DNA of 64,000 nucleotides from a plasmid: sequence record CP063550.1. One strand, written 5' to 3'. Below the pieces are notes generated by a model that was not told the origin of the DNA, ran no database searches, and saw only the letters and a list, made by a program, of their open reading frames with translations. The position numbers were made by a program, and so were the translations under genes. Below are positions 30,624 through 43,117 of this stretch, one piece after another (position 1 is the first letter of the stretch; each line of letters starts with the position of its first letter).

Positions 30624-31908
30624 ATGAACGAGTATATTGAAATTATCCACGCAAGAGAAACAACTTAAAAATGTCAGTCTCAAAATTCCCAAAAATAAAA
30701 TTAGTATTTTTACCAGCGTATCTGGTTCAGGAAAATCATCGATTGTTTTTGATACTATTACCCAAGAAGCTGGTCGTCAACTGAATGACACCTATGATAG
30801 TTTTACCCGTTTATTTTTACCTAAATACAGTCGTCCAGAGGTTGATGAGATTGATAATCTTTCTACGGCGATTGTGGTCAATCAAAAGAAGATTGGTGGC
30901 AGTGCGCGCTCAACGTTAGGGACGATTACTAACATCAATGCGTTATTTCGTGTGTTGTTTTCATGTTTTGCAACACCTAGTTTAGGATATGCAAATGCTT
31001 ATTCATTTAATGATCCTAGTGGAATGTGTTCTGTCTGTCAGGGAATCGGTAAGACGATTGCATTTTTAATAGGATTGCTTTATTTTTCGGCTATTGATAA
31101 TGCTGATTTTGTATTTTCTGATCCATTTACCGCAGAAGTTTTGTCTGGAATTGAGGAACAGGCAAAGAATCATGGTTATTTTGTATTGGTGCATAATGTT
31201 AATTCAGCAGAAGATGTTAAAACTATTCAGAGAAATTGGCGTTTTGAGGGGTTCATTGTTGTTGGTGTACGTGTAAAAGAATTTTTGGAATTAAATAACG
31301 TTTTTGATGGTCCTGTTGTTTATATTGATACGCATCTTTCAAAAGAGACATTAAGAGAACTTGAACAACAAATGAATCGTTTATTTGTAAATACAAATGA
31401 TTACCAAGCTAGTACATTGGCAGTGGAACATTTGATTCATTATGGTCATGAGAAAATAGCGTTTCTTTCTTTTGACTACATTGTAGGTGAACCAAGTGTT
31501 ATTCAAGAACGACATCAAGCTTATATCGATACATTAAAGAAATATCATTTAACCTTTAAATCGCATTGGATATATAACAACTCTGAATTTGAGCGAATTT
31601 ATCAAGAATTAGCTGAATTTACTGCAATTGTTGTTACTGGAGATTATTTAGCGGCTAAATTAGTAAAATTTTTAAAAAATAAGAATAAACGAGTGATGGA
31701 ACAATTATCGATTATTGGATTTGATGATATTACTTTTGCAGAATTAATGGATCCTGCGTTGACAACAATACGACTAAATCCAGGTAACAAGGGGGCGATT
31801 GCTTTTCACCAACTGATTGGACTGGCCAAACAAGAAGAAATAAAAAATCAAGTACTACTATTAGAGGGAGAATTGATTTCTCGAGACTCTGTTCACAAAA
31901 TCAAATAA
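30624..31908 (+). pseudogene. Fusion remnant of a UvrA-like ABC ATPase N-terminus (frameshifted after codon 13) and a LacI-family C-terminal sugar-binding domain
   Basis: MNEYIEIIHARE in frame 0, then KNVSLKIP...SGSGKSS (Walker A) in frame +1; from about aa 150 onward the sequence is a LacI periplasmic-binding-fold domain with no HTH. Confidence 0.55.
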
Positions 31909-32122
31909 AAAAGCTCTGTGAAATAAGTATAGTTAACAATAAAATATCCGAACGATAGAGAGAATGAACTGTGATCTAGCAGTTCCTCGTCGCAAATTCA
32001 CTAGAATTAGCATTATTTACTCTAAATTGTTCGGATATTTTTTCTTGTTTTTAATTATGATTACAGTGCCTATTTTTAACGAAATTTGCTTATTTTCAAA
32101 ATGTATGATTATATGTTAGTAA

Positions 32123-33178
<1,056 letters not shown>

Positions 33179-33315
33179 AAAAGTAAACATCCAAAAAAGG
33201 GTGTTTACTTTTTTGTTTACTAATATTTTTAGTAAAAAATCTCGACAAAACATTAAGTAAACAGTTATGGTGTTGTTAACAAAAAGAAAACGCATTCAAA
33301 ACAGGAGGAATTAAG

Positions 33316-34581
33316 ATGAAACATTTCAAAAAAATAGCTTTAACAGGGATAGCTGTTTTAACTGGGACATTACTCGCAGCATGTGGTGGGGGAGATAGTA
33401 ATTCTAAAGACGGGCAAGTAACTTTAAGCTATGCGAGTTGAGATACTGACCAAGCTCCAGGACTAAGAAAAATGTTAGATGAATTTGAAAAACAAAATCC
33501 TGATATCAAAGTAGAAATGGAGACAACGCCTTGGGATCAATATTGGGTTAAATTAGAAGCTGCAACAACGGGAGGTAATATGCCAGATGTAGTAACCATG
33601 CACTCTAGCGAATCCTATAAATATATGTCACAGAATGCTTTGATGGGACTTGATGATGTTATCAAAGAAAATGATATTGACATGGGAAACTTTACTGAAG
33701 GAATTGCTGATTTCTATACGCTTGAAGACGAACTATACGCAATCCCTAAAGATGCTTCTGTAGTGGGGCTATGGTACAACAAAGAATTATTTGATAATGC
33801 AGGTGTCGATTATCCAGATGAAACATGGACATGGGAAACACTCAGACAAGCTGCAATTGATTTAACAGATGAATCAAAAGGCATCTATGGTTTTGCATCA
33901 CATATTGGAACAGAGACTGGCTACTGGCCATTTATTTATCAAAATGGGGGAGAAGTATTTGCCGATGACAATACAAAATCAGGTTTGAATACCCCAGAAG
34001 CACAAGAAGCTTTAGCTTTTTATCGAGATATTGCACTTGTTGATCATGCTTCACCAACAATTACAGAATTACAAGATCCTGATAAGTTAAGTCGTTTTCA
34101 ATCAGGTAGATTAGCAATGATGATTGAAGGAAACTGGTTTGCACCGGGATTTTTGAAAAATGACTATCTAGTTGAAAATGTTGCTTCTGCCGTGTTACCT
34201 AAGGGAAAAGTTAATGCAACAATTACAAATGGACTTGGTTGGGCTGCCAGTGCGAGTACAAAATACCCAGAAGAAGTGAAAAAACTAATGGCATTTTTAG
34301 CTAGTGAGGACGCCAATAAAATCCAAGCGGAAACGGGGGCATCAATCCCAGCACTAAAAGGCTTTGAAGACGAGTGGGCTGCTTCTTCAGATACAATTGA
34401 TTTGAGTGCTTTTGGAAAAATGTTGGAGTATGGAGTCCCTCGTCCATACAATAAAGATGGATTACGAGCTGAACAAGCAGAAGTTCAAATTATTAACCGT
34501 ATTCTGTCTGGTGAAGTAACTGTTGAAGATGGAACCGCTCAAATTGAAAAAGAAGTCAATGCGATATTGAGCGGAAATTAA
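33316..34581 (+). pseudogene. Sugar ABC transporter substrate-binding lipoprotein with an in-frame TGA at 33439-33441 (YAS*DT)
   Basis: Lipoprotein signal (LLAACGG), then a same-frame stop where homologues have Trp. The remainder (33472-34581) is an intact family-1 SBP. Confidence 0.75.
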
Positions 34582-34663
34582 ATTAGTTAATTATACAATA
34601 TACAGGCGAAAGGATTCTATTTCGTCTGTATATTAATGGATGAATACCAAAAAGGGGGATATT

Positions 34664-35560
34664 ATGAAAAATCGAATTTTTGGAAAATATCGTAAAGATC
34701 AAGTGATATGGGGCTATATTTTTATTTTTCCAACGGCATTAGGATTAATTTTATTAAATATATGGCCAGCAATTCAAACAGCAATTTTAAGTTTTCAAAA
34801 AACGGTAGGGTTCGGTGATACTGAATGGGTCGGATTAAGAAATTACCAAAAAATGTTTGCAGACGGTGAAGTTTTTCAGTCTTTATTAAACACATTAATT
34901 TATGCAGTGGTTTCGATACCTAGTATTGTTGTATTATCCTTGTTGGTGGCAGTTTTAATGAATAGAAAAGTTAAAGGATTGTCGATTTATCGGACAATTT
35001 ATTTTCTACCAGTCGTTGCTGCACCATCCGCAGTCGCAATGATTTGGCGCTGGATGTTCAATAATGATTATGGACTGATTAATAACATGTTGGCTAAAAT
35101 AGGTCTCGATGGACCAGCATGGTTAACGGATCCATCGATTGCGATTTATTCTATTATCATTGTAGGAGTTTGGAGTGCTATTGGTTATAACATGGTGTTA
35201 TTACTAGCCGGCTTATAAGAAATTCCTAAAGATTATTATGAAGCAGCGGAAATTGATGGTGCTAGTCCAATCCAGCAGTTTTTCAACATTACGTTACCAT
35301 TAGTTACACCAACATTATTTTTTGTAGTTGTAACAACAGTTATCAATGCTTTCCAAGTATTTGATGTTATTTTTATGATGATTACTCCTAATAGTACCGC
35401 CATGTTTAAATCACAATCATTAGCCTATTTATTCTATAAACATTCATTTATTTTAAATGACAAGGGATATGGTTCGGCAATCGTTATGTTCCTTTTAGTG
35501 ATTATATTAATTATTACTGCAATTCAAATGAAGTTGCAGAAAAAGTGGGTAAACTATTAA
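34664..35560 (+). pseudogene. ABC sugar permease (MalF/UgpA type) with an in-frame TAA at 35216-35218 (LLAGL*EIPKDYY)
   Basis: Same frame on both sides of the stop; the stop lies in the EAA-loop region where Gln is expected. Confidence 0.75.
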
Positions 35561-35575
35561 GGAGGCTATCAAATT

Positions 35576-36400
35576 ATGAAAAATAAATTTTTTTCAAATG
35601 CGCCAATCCATATCATGCTTATTTTAGGTGGTATTGCAATGGCATTACCTTTTATTTGGATGATTTTAACTTCAGGGAAAACGTTGGTTGAATCTACCCA
35701 AATTCCACCTACAATTTTCCCTGAGAAATTTCAGCTAAGTAACTATCAACAAGTACTTGATTTATTACCATTCATGGCTTTTTATATCAATACATTTTTA
35801 ATGGTTGTTGGACGAGTGATTGGCTCGGTTTTATTTTCAGCAATGGCTGCATATGCTTGTGCGCGTCTAAGTTTTCCAGGGAAAAATATCCTTTTCAGCT
35901 TAGTACTTATTCAAATGATGATTCCCGGTTCCATTTTTATTACTCCACAGTATTTATTAGCACAAAAATTGGGTATTTTAAATACAATTCCAGCATTAAT
36001 ATTACCAGGGGTAGTTAGTGCGTTTGGTACGTTTTTATTAAGACAATTTTTCTTAGGTTTACCTGATGAATTGGAGGAAGCGGCCTATTTAGAAGGTGCC
36101 AATATTTGGACGATCTTTTTCAAAATTATGTTGCCGCTTGCTAAATCAGGATTGGTTGCACTTGGAATATTCACAGCGTTGTTTGCATTTAAAGATTTAA
36201 TGTGGCCATTGATTGTCAATACTTCAATTGATAAGATGCCTTTAGCTCCGGGATTAGCAAACTTACAAGGACAATATGCCACGAACTTCCCACAATTAAT
36301 GGCAGGTTCGTTATTAGCAATTTGGCCAATAGTTGTGATATTCATCGTTTTCCAAAGAAAATTCATTGAAGGAATTGCTACAACAGGTAGTAAATTATAA
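35576..36400 (+). CDS. ABC sugar permease (MalG/UgpE type)
   Basis: 274 aa, six TM segments, EAA motif. Confidence 0.85.
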   Translation: MKNKFFSNAPIHIMLILGGIAMALPFIWMILTSGKTLVESTQIPPTIFPEKFQLSNYQQVLDLLPFMAFYINTFLMVVGRVIGSVLFSAMAAYACARLSFPGKNILFSLVLIQMMIPGSIFITPQYLLAQKLGILNTIPALILPGVVSAFGTFLLRQFFLGLPDELEEAAYLEGANIWTIFFKIMLPLAKSGLVALGIFTALFAFKDLMWPLIVNTSIDKMPLAPGLANLQGQYATNFPQLMAGSLLAIWPIVVIFIVFQRKFIEGIATTGSKL

Positions 36401-36431
36401 AACTATTAATTAGTGATTGGAGAGTAAGTAC

Positions 36432-37742
36432 ATGACAAAAATTACATTTATTGGTGCAGGAAGTACTATTTTTGCAAAAAACGTATTAGGCGATGCGATG
36501 TTAACTCCAAGTCTACAAGATGCACATATTGCATTGTACGATATTGATGAAAAACGACTAAAAGAATCAAATTTAATGCTTAAAAATATTAATAAAAATT
36601 CGAATGAAAATCGTGCTGATATTGTTTCTTATTATGATCGCAAAGAAGCGTTAAGAGAGGCTGATTTTGTTATCAATGCTATTCAAGTGGGTGGTTATAA
36701 ACCTTCAACAGTGATTGATTTTGATATTCCTAAAAAATATGGGTTGCGACAAACTATTGGTGACACCATGGGGATTGGTGGGATTTTTAGAACCCTACGG
36801 ACACTACCAGTAATGTTAGACTTTGCTAAAGAAATGGAAGAAGTTTGTCCAAATGCTTGGTTATTGAACTATACAAATCCGATGGCGATGTTAACCATGG
36901 GTGTTTTAAAAGCGACGAGTATTAAGACTGTTGGTTTATGTCATAGCGTTCAAGTATGCGTACCAGAATTGTTTGAGCATTTAGGAATAGCCGATCAATA
37001 TGACTTAAATGACTTTCAATGGAAAATTGCAGGCATTAATCATATGGCATTCTTGTTGGAAATTACAAAAAATGGGGAAGATTTCTATCCAACAATTCGT
37101 CAGTTAGCTGCAGAAAAACCAAATCCACATCCAGATTCTGTACGTTTTGAATTGTTGAAACGTTTTGGTTACTATATTACAGAATCAAGTGAACACAATG
37201 CAGAATACCATCCATACTTTATTAAATCAAAATACCCAGAATTGATTGACGAATTAGGGATTCCGTTGGATGAATACTTACGTCGTTGTGAACAACAAAT
37301 TAATGATTGGGAAAGCATGCGAGAGGACATTGTAAATAATGGGGAGTTAACACATACGAGAAGCCGTGAATATGCTTCATATATCATGGATTCTATTACG
37401 ACAGGAACTCCGTCAGTGATTGCAGGAAATGTCTTAAATAAAGGCTTAATCACAAACTTACCGACAGATGTTTGTGTGGAAGTACCTTGTTTAGTCGATA
37501 AAAATGGCGTGCAACCAACCTATGTCGGTGAATTGCCAACACAATTAGCTGCTTTAAATCGGACGAATATCAATGTTCAAGAACTGACAGTAGAAGCCGC
37601 TTTAACACTAGATAAATCAAAAATTTATCAAGCAGCGTATTTAGATCCACATCTATCATCTGAATTGTCTTTAACAGATATCAAAAATTTAGTGGATGAT
37701 TTAATCGAAGCACATGGGGACTATTTACCTGAATATAATTAA
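36432..37742 (+). CDS. melA: Glycoside hydrolase family 4 alpha-galactosidase (NAD/Mn-dependent, MelA-like)
   Basis: FIGAGS Rossmann N-terminus and the GH4 catalytic CHS motif. GGAGAG RBS. Confidence 0.75.
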   Translation: MTKITFIGAGSTIFAKNVLGDAMLTPSLQDAHIALYDIDEKRLKESNLMLKNINKNSNENRADIVSYYDRKEALREADFVINAIQVGGYKPSTVIDFDIPKKYGLRQTIGDTMGIGGIFRTLRTLPVMLDFAKEMEEVCPNAWLLNYTNPMAMLTMGVLKATSIKTVGLCHSVQVCVPELFEHLGIADQYDLNDFQWKIAGINHMAFLLEITKNGEDFYPTIRQLAAEKPNPHPDSVRFELLKRFGYYITESSEHNAEYHPYFIKSKYPELIDELGIPLDEYLRRCEQQINDWESMREDIVNNGELTHTRSREYASYIMDSITTGTPSVIAGNVLNKGLITNLPTDVCVEVPCLVDKNGVQPTYVGELPTQLAALNRTNINVQELTVEAALTLDKSKIYQAAYLDPHLSSELSLTDIKNLVDDLIEAHGDYLPEYN

Positions 37743-37889
37743 AAAGAAGCTGAAAGAGTAAGGAATTTTCAATTCCTTACTCTTTTCTTAGTTAAATTTA
37801 GTAAAAATATTGACAAAACACTTAGTAAACAGTTACATTAGTGTTAACAAAAAGAAAACGCATTCAAATTGTATAAGGAGGAGCATAAA

Positions 37890-39149
37890 ATGAAGTGGTC
37901 TAAAAAAATTATTTTAGCTTGTATAGCACTAGGAGCAACGATCTCTTTGACTGCTTGTGGAAAAAATCAGGAAGATGCAAGCGGTAAGGTAGAAATAGAG
38001 TTTTTTAATCAAAAAAAAGAAATGACTCAAACGATTCAGGAGATTGCTAAAGATTTTGAAGCAAAAAACCCTGATATTCATGTAAAAGTTGTGGATGTAC
38101 CGAATGCTGGTGAAGTAATTAAAACACGTATGCTTGCAGGCGATGTACCAGATGTCATTAATCTTTATCCTCAAAGTATAGAATTGAAAGAATGGGCGAA
38201 AGCTGGTTATTTAGAGGACTTAACCGAAGAACCGTATTTAGAGAATATCAAAAATGGATATGCACAACGTTTTGCTATTGAGGATCGTGTATATAGCATA
38301 CCATTAACCGCTAATGTCTATGGTTTTTACTATAACAAAACTGCTTTTGAGGAAATGGGGATTCAAGCACCAGAAACTTGGGCAGAATTTGAAAAAATAG
38401 TAGCTGAGATTAAAGATCAAAACAAAGTACCGTTTGCGATTGCAGGAGCAGAAGGCTGGACTTTAAATGGTTATCACCAACTAGCTATAGCGACTGCTGC
38501 TGGTGGTGAAGAGGAAGCGAACAATGTTTGGCGTTTCTCAGAAGTTAATGGAATTAATGCTGAAAGCAAAGAAATGCAAAAAGATTTTAATCGATTAGAT
38601 TTGTTAAGAGAACCAAAAGCTTTGCAAAACAACTGGCAAGGTGCCGGTTATAACGATACAGTAGTTACTTTTACAAAAGGTGATGCGTTGATTATGCCGA
38701 ATGGTTCATGGGCAATGCCGATGATTCATTCACAAAATCCAGATTTTGAAGTAGGAACTTTTCCTTTTCCAGCAGATGAAGCAGGTCAAAGTCTAACGAT
38801 TGGCGCAGGAGACCTAGCCTTATCAGTTTCTGCAACTTCTCAACATAAAGAAGAAGCCAAACGTTTTGTAGAATATATGACAACACCTGAAGCGATGCAG
38901 AAATATTATGATGTAGATGGTGCACCGTGTGCTGTTGAGGGCGTTATCGAGAATACTCAGGATTCACCATTAAGTGGTTTAACTGAACTTGCTTTTACTG
39001 ATCGTCATTTAGTTTGGTTAGCCAAAGATTGGAATAGTGAAAATGATTTTTATACCTTAACAACAAATTATTTACACAATGGCAATCAAAAAGCCATGAT
39101 TAACGCATTAAATGCTTTCTTTAATCCAATGAAAGCTGACGGAAGGTAG
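37890..39149 (+). CDS. Sugar ABC transporter substrate-binding lipoprotein (intact paralogue of 33316-34581)
   Basis: AAGGAGG RBS; lipobox LTACG. Confidence 0.85.
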   Translation: MKWSKKIILACIALGATISLTACGKNQEDASGKVEIEFFNQKKEMTQTIQEIAKDFEAKNPDIHVKVVDVPNAGEVIKTRMLAGDVPDVINLYPQSIELKEWAKAGYLEDLTEEPYLENIKNGYAQRFAIEDRVYSIPLTANVYGFYYNKTAFEEMGIQAPETWAEFEKIVAEIKDQNKVPFAIAGAEGWTLNGYHQLAIATAAGGEEEANNVWRFSEVNGINAESKEMQKDFNRLDLLREPKALQNNWQGAGYNDTVVTFTKGDALIMPNGSWAMPMIHSQNPDFEVGTFPFPADEAGQSLTIGAGDLALSVSATSQHKEEAKRFVEYMTTPEAMQKYYDVDGAPCAVEGVIENTQDSPLSGLTELAFTDRHLVWLAKDWNSENDFYTLTTNYLHNGNQKAMINALNAFFNPMKADGR

Positions 39150-39158
39150 GAAAATAAA

Positions 39159-40031
39159 ATGAAAATAAAAGAAATTTTAAATCGTTACTGGGCAATCATT
39201 TTTGTAGCAATTCCAATTATTTTGCAGATGATTTTTTTCTACTTTCCAATGGTTCAAGGTGCTTTTTACAGTTTAACTAATTGGACTGGTCTGACTTATA
39301 ATTTTGATTTTGTGGGTTTGAACAATTATAAGATTCTTTTTTCTGATCCGAAGTTTATCAAATCGATTGGCTTCACTTTAATTGTGACGCTTTGCATGAT
39401 TGCTGGACAAATTGGTTTTGGTATTTTGATTGCGCGGGCGTTGAACGCAAATATTAAAGGGAAAACATTCTTTAGAGCATGGTTCTTTTTTCCAGCGGTC
39501 TTATCGGGCGTGGTTGTTTCTTTAGTATTTAAACAAATTTTTAACTATGGTTTACCAAAAATTGGTAGTATGTTAGGCATTGAATTTTTACAAACCAGTC
39601 TTTTAGGAACAACATGGGGAGCGATTTTTGCAGTAATTTTTGTTTTACTTTGGCAAGGAATTGCCATGCCAGTCATCATTTTCTTAGCGGGTTTTCAAAG
39701 TATTCCACAAGAAATTATTGAAGCTGCTAGAATGGATGGGGCGAATGATAAGCAAATTTTTTGGAATATTGAAATCACCTACTTATTACCAAGTATTTCA
39801 ATGGTATTTATTATGGCATTAAAAGGTGGCTTAACAGCATTTGATCAAATTTTTGCTTTAACTGGTGGTGGACCAAGCGATGCCACAACATCTTTGGGGT
39901 TACTTGTTTATAATTATGCTTTTAAAAACAATCAGTTTGGTTATGCGAATGCTATTGCTTTAGTCTTATTTATCTTAATTGGGATTGTTTCACTGGCACA
40001 ATTAAAATTATCGAAAAAATTTGAAATCTAG
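39159..40031 (+). CDS. ABC sugar permease (MalF/UgpA type)
   Basis: 290 aa membrane protein. Confidence 0.85.
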   Translation: MKIKEILNRYWAIIFVAIPIILQMIFFYFPMVQGAFYSLTNWTGLTYNFDFVGLNNYKILFSDPKFIKSIGFTLIVTLCMIAGQIGFGILIARALNANIKGKTFFRAWFFFPAVLSGVVVSLVFKQIFNYGLPKIGSMLGIEFLQTSLLGTTWGAIFAVIFVLLWQGIAMPVIIFLAGFQSIPQEIIEAARMDGANDKQIFWNIEITYLLPSISMVFIMALKGGLTAFDQIFALTGGGPSDATTSLGLLVYNYAFKNNQFGYANAIALVLFILIGIVSLAQLKLSKKFEI

Positions 40032-40042
40032 GAGGTTTCCCA

Positions 40043-40873
40043 ATGAAAACATCAAAAGAAAAAAATATTTCTAAATACTTGCTTTTATTATTAGGGGGCT
40101 TCATGATTTTAGTTCCCTTAGTTTCAACGCTATTCGGTTCATTTAAAACAACACCCGATATTATGAATAATTTCTTTCGTTTTCCTAATCCAGCGACTTT
40201 GGAAAATTTCCGAAGATTGTTAGCGGATGGAATTGGTCATTACTTTTGGAATTCGGCAATCATCACAATCATTGCAGTAGTTGCTGTGACAGCAATTATT
40301 CCTATGGCTGCTTATTCACTAGCAAGAAAAATGACTCGTGGGAAAGCATACGGATTGATGTATTTATTTTTAATTTTAGGAATTTTTGTTCCTTTCCAAG
40401 TAATTATGATTCCGATTACCGTTATGATGAGTAAAATTGGTTTAGCAAATATGTGGGGATTAATCTTACTCTATCTCACTTATGCCGTACCACAGACACT
40501 ATTTTTATATGTTGGTTTTATTAAACTAAATGTGCCTATCAGTCTGGATGAGGCTGCTGAAATTGATGGGGCTAGTCACTTTACAACTTATTTCAAAATT
40601 GTTTTCCCAATGTTAAAACCAATGCATGCGACGACTATTATTCTTAATGCTCTATGGTTTTGGAATGATTTCATGCTACCATTATTAATTTTAAATCGTG
40701 ATTCTAATATGTGGACACTACCATTGTTTCAATATAATTATACGGGACAATATTTTAACGACTATGGTCCAAGTTTTGCTTCCTATACAGTAGGAATTGT
40801 CACGATTACACTAGTTTATCTTGCTTTCCAAAGAAGTATTATAGCTGGAATGAGCAATGGAGCAGTGAAATAA
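40043..40873 (+). CDS. ABC sugar permease (MalG/UgpE type)
   Basis: 276 aa membrane protein; GGAGG RBS. Confidence 0.85.
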   Translation: MKTSKEKNISKYLLLLLGGFMILVPLVSTLFGSFKTTPDIMNNFFRFPNPATLENFRRLLADGIGHYFWNSAIITIIAVVAVTAIIPMAAYSLARKMTRGKAYGLMYLFLILGIFVPFQVIMIPITVMMSKIGLANMWGLILLYLTYAVPQTLFLYVGFIKLNVPISLDEAAEIDGASHFTTYFKIVFPMLKPMHATTIILNALWFWNDFMLPLLILNRDSNMWTLPLFQYNYTGQYFNDYGPSFASYTVGIVTITLVYLAFQRSIIAGMSNGAVK

Positions 40874-40912
40874 CCAATAAATTATTCTCATTATAAAGGA
40901 GTTCATAAACTT

Positions 40913-43096
40913 ATGATTATATTTGACAATCACACACAAACATTTCATTTACAAAATAAAAAAATTAGCTATCTATTAGGAATCGAAGAAAATAATTATT
41001 TAACGCATCTTTATTTTGGAAAAAAGATTACGCACTATTCTGGTGGGTATCGCTACCCCCGAACAGATCGTTCCTTCTCACCCAACAATGCAAATGCGCA
41101 AGATCGTTTATTATCTTTAGACACATTACCATTAGAATTTCCAGGATATGGACATGGTGATTTTAGAGAACCGGCGCATAATATTAAATTAGGAAACGGT
41201 AGTCGTGTAAATGATTTTCGTTATGATAGCTACGAAATTCAAAAAGGAAAGCCCAGCTTAGCGGGATTGCCAGCCTTATATACGGAAGATGATGATGAAG
41301 CTGAAACGCTGATTATTCAATTGAAAGACGCGATTAGTGGATTGACTTTACAGTTGTTCTACACAATTTATCAAAATCACAGTGTAATTATTCGTTCTAC
41401 GCAATTAGTAAATAATAGTGATGAAACAGTGGAGATTAACCGCTTAGCTAGTCAATCAATTGATTTTCCAAATCGTCCACTCGAGTTAATTCATTTAAAT
41501 GGTACCTGGGCAAGAGAACGTCAAATGACTAGAGAAAAAATTCATACAGGGATAAAAGTATTAGATAGTAAACGCGGATCAAGCAGCCATCAACAAAATC
41601 CGTTTGTTGCTTTAGTAGATGCCAAAACAGATGAATTTCAAGGAGAGGCATATGGATTTAATTTAGTTTATAGCGGTAATCACGAAACGGTGATTCAAAA
41701 AGATCCATTTGACCAAACACGGGTCATTATGGGAATTAATTCATTTAATTTTGGTTGGCAACTAAAAACTGGCGACTCATTTCAAACGCCAGAAGTCGTG
41801 ATGGTTTATAGTAATGAAGGTCTGAATACGTTATCACAGACGTATCATGAATTGTATAATCACCGTTTAATTCGTGGAAACTATCGTTTAAAAGAACGTC
41901 CCACGTTAATCAACAACTGGGAAGCAACGTATTTTGATTTTAACGAAGAAAAAATCATGAATATTGTCGATGATGCGAAGAACTTGGGCATTGAAATGTT
42001 TGTTTTAGATGATGGTTGGTTTGGCGGTCGTGAAAATGACTTCACTTCATTAGGTGATTGGGTTGAAACAGAAGGCAAACTTGCTTGTGGTTTGGAAAAT
42101 TTAGCCAAGCAAGTGCATGATAACGGGATGAAATTTGGGATTTGGTTTGAACCGGAAATGATTTCTGAAGATAGTGAACTATTTCGAGCACATCCAGATT
42201 GGGCATTGGGTATTCCAGGTCGTGACCGCTCAATTAGTCGAAATCAATATGTTCTTGATTTTTCAAGACAAGATGTTCGTGATAATATCTATCAACAAAT
42301 GACGGCGATTTTTGATCGTGTACCGATTGATTATGTGAAGTGGGATATGAATCGAAATATGACAGAAGTCTATTCTGTCTTGTTGGACTCAACGATGCAA
42401 GGTGAAGTGGCTCATCGTTATATGTTAGGGTTATATGAATTTTTAGAAAAGTTAACAACGAATTATCCAACTATTTTATTTGAAAGTTGTTCGGGTGGAG
42501 GCGGTCGTTTTGATGCAGGTTTCTTGTATTACATGCCACAAACTTGGACGAGCGACAATACCGATGCCGTGGCTCGTCTGAAAATTCAATATGGAACCAG
42601 CTTAGTGTATCCAATTTCAAGTATGGGTGCGCATGTTTCAGCAGTCCCAAATCATCAAACAGGAAGAGAAACGAGTTTAACTATTCGTGGCAATGCTGCG
42701 ATGGCTGGTGTTTTTGGTTATGAGCTAGATCTAACGCAATTAACTTCTGAAGAAAAAGCAGAAATTAAAGAACAAGTTGCCTTTTATAAAAAGCATCGCC
42801 AACTTTTGCAATATGGAACTTTTTATCGCTTGGAAAGTCCGTTTGAAGGCAATGATACTGCATGGATGTTTGTCTCAAAAGACCAAACAGAAGCCATGGT
42901 CTTTTATTTCCGAGTATTAGCAGAAGCTGCGCATCCATTAGTCACATTGAAATTAGCAGGATTAGCAGAAGAAGCAACTTATCAAATGGAAGATGTAACA
43001 TTTGCTGGCGATGAATTGATGAATCTCGGTTTTTATATTGACTCAGAACTACATGGTGATTATGCGACACAACGCTTTTATTTGAAACAGATATAG
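40913..43096 (+). CDS. agaA: Glycoside hydrolase family 36 alpha-galactosidase (raffinose/melibiose)
   Basis: 727 aa; GH36 motifs (KWDMN, CSGGGGR). Confidence 0.9.
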   Translation: MIIFDNHTQTFHLQNKKISYLLGIEENNYLTHLYFGKKITHYSGGYRYPRTDRSFSPNNANAQDRLLSLDTLPLEFPGYGHGDFREPAHNIKLGNGSRVNDFRYDSYEIQKGKPSLAGLPALYTEDDDEAETLIIQLKDAISGLTLQLFYTIYQNHSVIIRSTQLVNNSDETVEINRLASQSIDFPNRPLELIHLNGTWARERQMTREKIHTGIKVLDSKRGSSSHQQNPFVALVDAKTDEFQGEAYGFNLVYSGNHETVIQKDPFDQTRVIMGINSFNFGWQLKTGDSFQTPEVVMVYSNEGLNTLSQTYHELYNHRLIRGNYRLKERPTLINNWEATYFDFNEEKIMNIVDDAKNLGIEMFVLDDGWFGGRENDFTSLGDWVETEGKLACGLENLAKQVHDNGMKFGIWFEPEMISEDSELFRAHPDWALGIPGRDRSISRNQYVLDFSRQDVRDNIYQQMTAIFDRVPIDYVKWDMNRNMTEVYSVLLDSTMQGEVAHRYMLGLYEFLEKLTTNYPTILFESCSGGGGRFDAGFLYYMPQTWTSDNTDAVARLKIQYGTSLVYPISSMGAHVSAVPNHQTGRETSLTIRGNAAMAGVFGYELDLTQLTSEEKAEIKEQVAFYKKHRQLLQYGTFYRLESPFEGNDTAWMFVSKDQTEAMVFYFRVLAEAAHPLVTLKLAGLAEEATYQMEDVTFAGDELMNLGFYIDSELHGDYATQRFYLKQI

Positions 43097-43117
43097 TAGC
43101 TTGAATTTACAATATAA

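Noticed and set aside
41881-42470. Three minus-strand ORFs inside the GH36 gene
   Set aside because: Antisense to a strongly supported 727-aa hydrolase gene; no RBS.
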